Below, piece after piece: positions 34,858-44,290 of a DNA stretch of 64,000 nucleotides. Every line of letters starts with the position of its first letter. The stretch's first letter is position 1. Origin of the DNA: Alphaproteobacteria bacterium (lineage in GTDB: Bacteria; Pseudomonadota; Alphaproteobacteria; VGDZ01); NCBI GenBank assembly GCA_016869515.1, contig VGDZ01000008.1, positions 2,437 through 66,436 of the forward strand, read 5' to 3'. The position numbers were made by a program, and so were the translations under genes. The notes under the pieces were generated by a model, which saw only the letters and a program-made list of their open reading frames with translations, made no database searches and was not told the origin of the DNA.

Positions 34858-36009
34858 TCAGGTGCCAAGCGGCGCCTCGCGGTGGATATAGGCGCCGATC
34901 AAGAGGCCGAACCCGGCCATCAGCGTCAGCATGGCCGAACCGCCATAGGAGATCAGCGGCAGCGGAATTCCCACCACCGGCAGCACGCCCATCACCATGC
35001 CGATGTTGACGAAGACATAGATGAACATGATGTTGACGATGCCCATCGCCACCAGCCGGCCGAACTGGTGGCGAATGCGCACGGCCAGCGCAAAGCCGTA
35101 ACCCAGCACCGCGGCATAGAGCAGCAGCAGGAACACCCCCCCGACCATGCCCCATTCCTCGGCCAGCATGGTGAAGATGAAATCGGTCTGCTTCTCGGGC
35201 AGGAAGTTGAGGTGGCTTTGCGTGCCCTGCATGAAGCCCTTGCCGAAGATGCCGCCCGAACCCAGCGCGATCTTGGACTGGATGATGTGATAGCCGGCGC
35301 CGAGCGGGTCGCTCTCGGGATTGAGGAACATCAGGATGCGGCGCTTCTGGTAGTCGCGCAGCCGCTCCCACAAGAACGGCATCGCCGCCAGCGCGCCGGC
35401 AATGACAAGCGCGAACTTCCACATCCTGACCCCGGCCAGATAGAACATCGCGCCGCCGCCCAGCACCAGCGTCAGCGCAGTGCCGAGATCGGGCTGCTTC
35501 ATCACCAAGATCGCCGGGGCGAACACCATCAGGAGGGGCGGGATCAGGTAATGCGGGCGCGCCACCGCCTCCAATGTCAGGCCGTGAAAGTAGCGCGCCA
35601 GCGCCAGCACCATGGCGATCTTCATCAGCTCCGAGGGCTGGATGTTGACCGGCCCCAGGTCCAACCAGCGCTGCGCCCCCATCGCCGTGGTGCCGATGGT
35701 CTCGACCGCGACCAGCAGCAAGAGCCCCACCCCGTAGATCGCATAGGCAAAACGCAGCCAGATGCGGAAATCGGTCAGCGCCACCACCACCAGCGCCGTC
35801 AATCCGACGCCGAAGCGAAGCAGTTGCCGATCCGCCCAGGGCGAGAAGCTGCCGCGACCGGCGGAATAGAGCGTCGCCACCCCGATCGCCACCAGCGCGG
35901 CCAGCAACAAGAGCATCAGCCAACGAAACCCCAAGATGCGCTGGCCGAAAGTCAGGTCGCCGTCGCGCGTGCTCAGGCTGCGCCGCACCCGGCCGAGATC
36001 GAGCGCCAT
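34858..36009 (-). CDS. rodA: rod shape-determining SEDS protein RodA
   Basis: 383 aa FtsW/RodA/SpoVE family, directly downstream of mrdA. Confidence 0.9.
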   Translation of the reverse strand: MALDLGRVRRSLSTRDGDLTFGQRILGFRWLMLLLLAALVAIGVATLYSAGRGSFSPWADRQLLRFGVGLTALVVVALTDFRIWLRFAYAIYGVGLLLLVAVETIGTTAMGAQRWLDLGPVNIQPSELMKIAMVLALARYFHGLTLEAVARPHYLIPPLLMVFAPAILVMKQPDLGTALTLVLGGGAMFYLAGVRMWKFALVIAGALAAMPFLWERLRDYQKRRILMFLNPESDPLGAGYHIIQSKIALGSGGIFGKGFMQGTQSHLNFLPEKQTDFIFTMLAEEWGMVGGVFLLLLYAAVLGYGFALAVRIRHQFGRLVAMGIVNIMFIYVFVNIGMVMGVLPVVGIPLPLISYGGSAMLTLMAGFGLLIGAYIHREAPLGT

Positions 36010-36010
36010 C

Positions 36011-37858
36011 TCACGCGCTCCTTTCGCCGGGGCCGCGACGCGAGGGATCGCGCTTGAGGCATTCCATCATGATGTCGCGCGCCACCGGCGCCGCCGCACC
36101 CGAGCCCGAGCCGCCATGCTCGACCAGCACCGCCACGGCATAGCGCGGCGCCTCATAAGGCGCATAGCCCACGAACAGCGCGTGGTCGCGCTCGATCCAC
36201 GGCTTCTCCTCGTTCTTGCGCATGCGCCCGGTGCGTTCCTGCTTGGAGATGCGGCGCACCTGCGAGGAGCCGGTCTTGCCGGCAAAGGCCCAACCGGCCT
36301 GGGCGATGCGCGAGCGCTTGGCGGTGCCGAAATCGCCGTTGACTACCCGGAACATGCCGTCCTGGACGATCTTGAGCTGGGCGGGATTGACGCCCAAGGC
36401 GGGCGCCGGCGGCAGCGCCATGGCCTCGCCGCCGATGTCGAGCAGCAACCGCGGCCGCACCGCCAAGCCGCCATTGGCGATGCGCGCCGCCATCACGCAC
36501 AGTTGCAGCGGCGTCGACAGGACGAAGCCCTGGCCGATGCCGGCGTTGAAGGAATCGCCGGGCGTCCAGGGCTGGCCCTGCGCGGTCTGCTTCCATTGCC
36601 GGGTCGGAATCAGGCCCGGGCGCTCGCCCGGAAGGCCGAGTTGATGGGAATGGCCGAGGCCGAATTTGTGGCAGATGGCGGCGATGCGGTCGGGTCCGAC
36701 GCGACGCGCCAGTTCGTAGAAATAGCAATCGCAGCTCTGTTCCAGCGCTTCGGCCATGCGCAGCGCGCCGTGCCCGGGTTTGCGCTTCCAGCAATGGAAC
36801 TCGATCGGCCCCAGCTCGATCGAGCCGGTGCAGGGCAGCCGCGTATCGGGCGTGACGACTCCGGCGTCCAGCCCGGCCAGCGCGGTCATCATCTTGAAAG
36901 TCGAGCCCGGCGGATACTGGCCGGCGATCGATTTCGACACCAGCGGCGCCAGCGGATTCGACACCAGCTCCTGCCAGGCCCGCTGCGTCAGGCCGGTGTT
37001 GAACGCCGCCGGGTCGTAGCCCGGCACCGACAGCAGCGTCAGCAGATCGCCGGTGTGCACGTCCATCACCACCGCCGACGCGCTCTCGCCGTCCAGCCGT
37101 TCGGCGGCGAAACGCTGCAGGGTGGCATCGACGGTCAGGGCGACGTCGGCGCCGCGCTGGCCGTCGTCGCGCGACAGCTCGCGGATGGTGCGGCCGAGCG
37201 CATTGACCTCGACCCGGCTGCTGCCGGCCTTGCCGCGCAGCGCGATGTCCTGCAGGCGCTCGACGCCGTTCTTGCCGATGCGGAAGCCGGGCAGTTCCAA
37301 CAGCGGCTCGCCGGTGAGGTCAGCCTCGGCCACCGGCGCGACATAGCCGATCAGGTGTGCGAAGGCCTCGCCCATCGGATAGCCGCGGGTCTCGCCGATG
37401 TCGGGCTGCACGCCCGGCAGATCGGGGGAATGCAGGTTGACCGCCGCGAACTGCTCCCAACTCAGGTTCTCGGCCACCGTCACCGGCAGGAATTTGCGCT
37501 TGCGCCGCACCTCGCGCAGGATGCGCCGCTCGTCGTGCTCGGCGATCGGAATGGCGCGGCGCAGCGCCGCCAGCACGCGTTCGACGTTGCCGGCGGCTTC
37601 GGGGATCATCAGCACGCGCAGGTTCTGCTTCGAATTGGCCAGTTCCTCGCCGAAGCGGTCGACGATCCGCCCGCGCACCGGAGGCAGCAGCCGGATCTGG
37701 ATGCGATTCTCGTCGGCCAGCACGGCGTACTGGTCGCTCTCGACCACCTGCAGATAGTACATGCGGCCGATCAAGACGCCGAACAGCGCCGCCTGGCCGC
37801 CCATCAGCATGGCGGCCCGGCGCGTGAATACGGTCTGCCGCGTCGCGTCGTGACGCAT
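36011..37858 (-). CDS. mrdA: penicillin-binding protein 2 (elongasome transpeptidase)
   Basis: 615 aa, STFK active-site motif (PGSTFKMMTA). Confidence 0.9.
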   Translation of the reverse strand: MRHDATRQTVFTRRAAMLMGGQAALFGVLIGRMYYLQVVESDQYAVLADENRIQIRLLPPVRGRIVDRFGEELANSKQNLRVLMIPEAAGNVERVLAALRRAIPIAEHDERRILREVRRKRKFLPVTVAENLSWEQFAAVNLHSPDLPGVQPDIGETRGYPMGEAFAHLIGYVAPVAEADLTGEPLLELPGFRIGKNGVERLQDIALRGKAGSSRVEVNALGRTIRELSRDDGQRGADVALTVDATLQRFAAERLDGESASAVVMDVHTGDLLTLLSVPGYDPAAFNTGLTQRAWQELVSNPLAPLVSKSIAGQYPPGSTFKMMTALAGLDAGVVTPDTRLPCTGSIELGPIEFHCWKRKPGHGALRMAEALEQSCDCYFYELARRVGPDRIAAICHKFGLGHSHQLGLPGERPGLIPTRQWKQTAQGQPWTPGDSFNAGIGQGFVLSTPLQLCVMAARIANGGLAVRPRLLLDIGGEAMALPPAPALGVNPAQLKIVQDGMFRVVNGDFGTAKRSRIAQAGWAFAGKTGSSQVRRISKQERTGRMRKNEEKPWIERDHALFVGYAPYEAPRYAVAVLVEHGGSGSGAAAPVARDIMMECLKRDPSRRGPGERSA

Positions 37859-37864
37859 CGGCGA

Positions 37865-38380
37865 TCAGCTTTCCCGCAACAGGCTCAGCTGCGCCCGTCC
37901 CAGCAGCAGGAACAAGGGCGGATAGAGCGCGACGGTCAGCAGCGACTGGACCGCGCTGGCGCCGGCCGGCATCGGCGCGCCGCGCACCAACGAGGCCATC
38001 GTCCACTCCAGCAACGACACTGCCACCATCACCACCGCGAACCCGGCCCAGCCGGTGACGAAGGAATCGCCCGACAGCACGCGGCGCTGGCTCGAGGCAT
38101 AGCCCGCCAGCAGCACGAAGACGAAGGCATAGAGCCCGACCAGCCCGCCCGAGGCGAGATCGAGCATCAGGCCGATGGCGAAGGCCGCCCAGGGCGGCAG
38201 CAGATCGGGCCGGAACACGCTCCAGTAATGCACCGCGATCGCCGCCAACAGCGGCGTGATCCGCGTCAGTCCGCCGACGTCGATCGGCAGCAGGCCGACC
38301 ATGCCCAGCAGCAGCGTCGACAGCGCCGGAATGGCGCCCCCCGCCAGCCGGATCGATCTGCGCCCAAGCGCGCCCAGCAT
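37865..38380 (-). CDS. mreD: rod shape-determining protein MreD
   Basis: 171 aa polytopic protein between mreC and mrdA. Confidence 0.8.
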   Translation of the reverse strand: MLGALGRRSIRLAGGAIPALSTLLLGMVGLLPIDVGGLTRITPLLAAIAVHYWSVFRPDLLPPWAAFAIGLMLDLASGGLVGLYAFVFVLLAGYASSQRRVLSGDSFVTGWAGFAVVMVAVSLLEWTMASLVRGAPMPAGASAVQSLLTVALYPPLFLLLGRAQLSLLRES

Positions 38381-38386
38381 GGCGCC

Positions 38387-39271
38387 CTAGCGCGTGACCG
38401 CGGTCTGACCGTCGCGCCCGCCGGCACCGCCGACCCGCGGCGGATCGTGCTGCAGCACACGGACGAATTCGAGCAGCGACAGATCGGCGAACAGGGCTAC
38501 GCGCGGATCCCCCGGACCGAGCGAGGCGATCACGCCGACCGGCAGGCCCGGCGGCAACACGCCGTCATGGCCCGAGGTGACGATCCGCTCGCCCACCGTC
38601 GGCCGCGCAGCCGACGCGAGGAACACCAAGCGCGGCTGGCCGCTGTTGTCGCCGGCCAGGATGCCGCGGTAACGGCCGTTTTCGAGCATGATCGGCACGC
38701 GGCTGTTGAGATCGCTCAGCAGCAGGATGCGCGAGGCGCGCTCGCCGACCTCGACCAGCCGCCCCACCAGACCCTCGCCGACGACCGCGGCATTGCCCGC
38801 CTTGAGCCCGTCGCGGCCGCCCGCACCCAGCAGCAGCGTGCGCACGAAAGGCCCGCCGGAATCGCCCACCACCCGCGCGGTGACGAAGCGCGGGCCGGCT
38901 TCGCCGCGCACCGCCAGCTGCGCGCGCAGGGCCGCGTTCTCCTGTTCGAGCTTGCGGGCCACGGTCTGCCACTGGCGCAAACGATCGTTCTCCTCGGTCA
39001 GGCGGGCATTTTGGCGCCGCACCTCGACCCAGGCCCCGGCCTCGGTCGCAACCCGCCTGGCCGTGACCACGGGTTGAGACATCGCCTCGATCGCCGGCAC
39101 CGCCAAATCGGTGAACTCGATCCGCAGCCGCTCGACCGCGGCGTTGTCGATCCGATCCAGCACCATCAGCGTCGCCGCCGTCGCCGCCAGCAAGCCGATC
39201 CCGACCCCGCCGGTCAGCAGGCGTCGCGCCCGGCCGATCGCCTTGGCGGACAAGCCGCGGGGAGGTGCCAT
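38387..39271 (-). CDS. mreC: rod shape-determining protein MreC
   Basis: 294 aa, N-terminal TM, coiled-coil, then beta domains. Confidence 0.85.
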   Translation of the reverse strand: MAPPRGLSAKAIGRARRLLTGGVGIGLLAATAATLMVLDRIDNAAVERLRIEFTDLAVPAIEAMSQPVVTARRVATEAGAWVEVRRQNARLTEENDRLRQWQTVARKLEQENAALRAQLAVRGEAGPRFVTARVVGDSGGPFVRTLLLGAGGRDGLKAGNAAVVGEGLVGRLVEVGERASRILLLSDLNSRVPIMLENGRYRGILAGDNSGQPRLVFLASAARPTVGERIVTSGHDGVLPPGLPVGVIASLGPGDPRVALFADLSLLEFVRVLQHDPPRVGGAGGRDGQTAVTR

Positions 39272-39302
39272 CGCGGTTCCTCGGCGCGCGCCTCAGGCCC
39301 GC

Positions 39303-41969
<2,667 letters not shown>

Positions 41970-42059
41970 GACTGCGTGTCCTTGTCGCGGGAGTGCTGCC
42001 GGTGCGGGCGATCGCCCATTTCGACCCCTAAGCGCTCGCGCATGTTCGGCGCGCCTCGC

Positions 42060-42179
42060 TCAGGGGCGAATAAGCAGCAGCAGACCGTCGATCAGGCCCA
42101 GCGAAAAAGGCACGATTCCAGCCGCGATCCGAACGCTGCGATCGCGTGGCGACAGGGTCTCGTTACGACGAACCGTCAT
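42060..42179 (-). CDS. Candidate leucine-rich leader peptide upstream of leuA (39 aa)
   Basis: Own translation: MTVRRNETLSPRDRSVRIAAGIVPFSLGLIDGLLLLIRP*, with CTG CTG CTG CTT near the end. The stop codon lies inside a 10-bp stem. Too short for the ORF track. Confidence 0.4.
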   Translation of the reverse strand: MTVRRNETLSPRDRSVRIAAGIVPFSLGLIDGLLLLIRP

Positions 42180-42200
42180 TGGGGTCGTGCCTTGCCGCGG

Positions 42201-42229
42201 GTTTTACCGGCTATTTCCTGGCTTGGCAA
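42201..42229 (-). promoter_or_regulatory. Putative sigma70-like promoter for the leuA leader
   Basis: Minus-strand TTGCCA (42229-42224) - 17 nt - TAAAAC (42206-42201), about 22 nt upstream of the leader ATG. Confidence 0.35.
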
Positions 42230-42283
42230 GGGGTTGGACGGTTTTCTTCGTGGTTTTCAGGGGCTTAGGCCGGAACCTGGAGA

Positions 42284-42311
42284 TTGACATTGCAGCCTTG
42301 AACCATAGGTT
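42284..42311 (+). promoter_or_regulatory. Putative sigma70-like promoter for the racemase-like gene
   Basis: TTGACA (42284-42289) - 16 nt - TAGGTT (42306-42311), 27 nt upstream of ATG 42339. Confidence 0.4.
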
Positions 42312-42338
42312 GGCGCCTGACCAGCGGGACCCGACGAC

Positions 42339-43070
42339 ATGAACCCACGCATCGCCCAAGGCGGCAAGGCGATCTACGGCGCGCCGCTCGGCATCTTGAT
42401 GCTGGAGGCGCGCTTTCCCCGCATTCCGGGCGACATGGGCAATGCGGCGACTTGGCCGTTTCCGGTGCTCTATCGCGTGGTTCCCGGCGCCAGCCCCAAG
42501 CGCGTGGTGCTGGAAGGCGCGCGCGGCCTGTTGCCCGATTTCGTCGCCGCGGCCGAGGATCTGGTCCGGCTCGGCGCCGAGGCCATCACCACCAATTGCG
42601 GCTTTCTGTCCCTGTTCCAAGCCGAGCTGGCAGCGCGGGTCAAGGTACCGGTAGCGACGTCGTCGCTGTTGCAAGTGCCTTGGGTCCAGGCGCTGCTGCC
42701 GCCCGGACAGCGCGTCGGCGTGCTGACGGTCTCGGCGGCCACGCTCACGCCCGAACACTTGCGCGCGGCCGGCGTGCCGCTGGACACGCCCATCGCCGGC
42801 ACCGAGCGCGGCCGCGAATTCTATCCGGTGCTGATCGAGGGCCGCAGCCAACAGATGGACATCGCTCTGGCCGAAGCCGACATTCTTGCCGCCGGGCGCG
42901 ACCTGGTCGCGCGCCATCCCGAGATCGGCGCAGTGGTGCTGGAATGCACCAACATGCCGCCCTATGCCGCCGCGCTGCGGGCGGCGATCGGCCGGCCGGT
43001 CTACGACATCTATTCGATGATCGCCTGGTTCCAGCAGGGCCTTCGGCCGCGGCGCTTTGCCTTCGACTGA
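42339..43070 (+). CDS. Asp/Glu/hydantoin racemase-family protein
   Basis: 243 aa with two Cys-containing motifs, ITTNCGFLS and VLECTNMPPY. Confidence 0.65.
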   Translation: MNPRIAQGGKAIYGAPLGILMLEARFPRIPGDMGNAATWPFPVLYRVVPGASPKRVVLEGARGLLPDFVAAAEDLVRLGAEAITTNCGFLSLFQAELAARVKVPVATSSLLQVPWVQALLPPGQRVGVLTVSAATLTPEHLRAAGVPLDTPIAGTERGREFYPVLIEGRSQQMDIALAEADILAAGRDLVARHPEIGAVVLECTNMPPYAAALRAAIGRPVYDIYSMIAWFQQGLRPRRFAFD

Positions 43071-43073
43071 GGT

Positions 43074-43766
43074 CTATTCGAAACCGCAGGCCGCGCGCGC
43101 GGTAGCGGTGTCCTTGCCGCTCAGCCAAGCCACCAGCCGCCGCGCCAGCTCGGGCGTGGTGGATGCCGTGGCGACCGTGGCGACGTAAGTCGTCTCCAGC
43201 GCGAAGGGCGGCGGCAAGGCTCCCACCATCGCCACGCCCGGCGTGGCCAGGATCTCGGTGACTTGGGTGCAGCCGACGGCTCGCGGATCGGCTTCCGCCG
43301 CCAGCGCCCGCATTGCCGTCATGCCGTTGGGGTGCGGGCGCAAACGCGCCGCAAGCGAGGCGTAGAGCCCAAGCTGCCTGAGCACGCCCGCGAAATGGAT
43401 GCCGGCGGTGGCGCGCACCGGATCGGGCAGATGGATCGCACTGGCAGAGGCCAGCAGCGTTCGAAGCTGCTCGCTGTCCGAGATAGCCGGCTTGGCCGCG
43501 CCGGCCGGGGCCGCGATCGCCGTCCGCACCCGCCCCAACACCCCCGCCTCGCCCGCGGCCGCGCGGCCCTCGCCCTCCAAGGTCCGGATCAGTTCGGCGG
43601 TCAGCACCAGCACGTCGCAGGGCGCCCCTGCGGCCAGCGCCTCGCGCATCGCCCCGACCGCGCCGAAGCGGCCCGCAAGCACGATGCCCGCCATGCGCTC
43701 GAACTCGGCGCCCAGCCGGCCGAACAGGCCCTCGGCCGCGCCGCCGCTCAGAACATGCAATGCCAT
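43074..43766 (-). CDS. ModA-like type-2 periplasmic-binding-fold protein without a signal peptide
   Basis: 230 aa, starts MALHVLSGGAAEGLF with no hydrophobic leader. Molybdate/anion-binding-protein-like fold inferred from the sequence pattern. Confidence 0.5.
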   Translation of the reverse strand: MALHVLSGGAAEGLFGRLGAEFERMAGIVLAGRFGAVGAMREALAAGAPCDVLVLTAELIRTLEGEGRAAAGEAGVLGRVRTAIAAPAGAAKPAISDSEQLRTLLASASAIHLPDPVRATAGIHFAGVLRQLGLYASLAARLRPHPNGMTAMRALAAEADPRAVGCTQVTEILATPGVAMVGALPPPFALETTYVATVATASTTPELARRLVAWLSGKDTATARAACGFE

Positions 43767-43808
43767 GCCGACTCCCGGGCGAAGATTAGCCTCGGCTCCG
43801 GCTGCGAC

Positions 43809-43834
43809 AAAATAGGTATTGACGTACCTATTTT
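43809..43834. promoter_or_regulatory. AT-rich perfect inverted repeat, candidate operator in a divergent promoter region
   Basis: aaaataggta-ttgacg-tacctatttt (10-bp arms, 6-nt spacer containing TTGACG). It lies 42 nt upstream of the thioesterase ATG in an otherwise GC-rich window. Confidence 0.5.
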
Positions 43835-43875
43835 AGTATTTAAGGCTGATCCGGACCAGAACCAGGGAGAGCGCG

Positions 43876-44286
43876 ATGAAAAGCTCGCTTGCCGCCGGCA
43901 TCGCCACCAGCCGCCGCATCACCGTCGACCGCGACCGCACCATCGGCTTCATGGGCGAGGAAGGACGGGTCTATGCCACGCCGATGCTGGTGCGCGACAT
44001 CGAGCAGACCTGCCGCGACTTCCTGCTCGAACATCTCGATCCGGGCGAGGATTCGGTCGGCACGCGGGTCGAACTCGACCACCTCGCGCCGACGCTGATG
44101 GACATGTGGGTCGAAATCGCCGTCACCGTCGCCGAGGTCAAGGGCCGGCTGGTGAGCTTCGAGATCGCCGCCAAGGACGCGCTCGACCCGGTCGGCAAGG
44201 GCCGCCACATCCGCTTCGTCTCCGACGTCGCCAAGACCAAGGAGCGGCTCAAGGCCAAGGCCGCCAAGCTCAAGGCCGCGGGCTAG
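43876..44286 (+). CDS. hotdog-fold thioesterase (FlK/COG5496-like)
   Basis: 136 aa; RVYATPMLVRDIEQTC ... VGTRVELDHLAPT pattern. GGGAGA RBS. Confidence 0.65.
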   Translation: MKSSLAAGIATSRRITVDRDRTIGFMGEEGRVYATPMLVRDIEQTCRDFLLEHLDPGEDSVGTRVELDHLAPTLMDMWVEIAVTVAEVKGRLVSFEIAAKDALDPVGKGRHIRFVSDVAKTKERLKAKAAKLKAAG

Positions 44287-44290
44287 CGCC

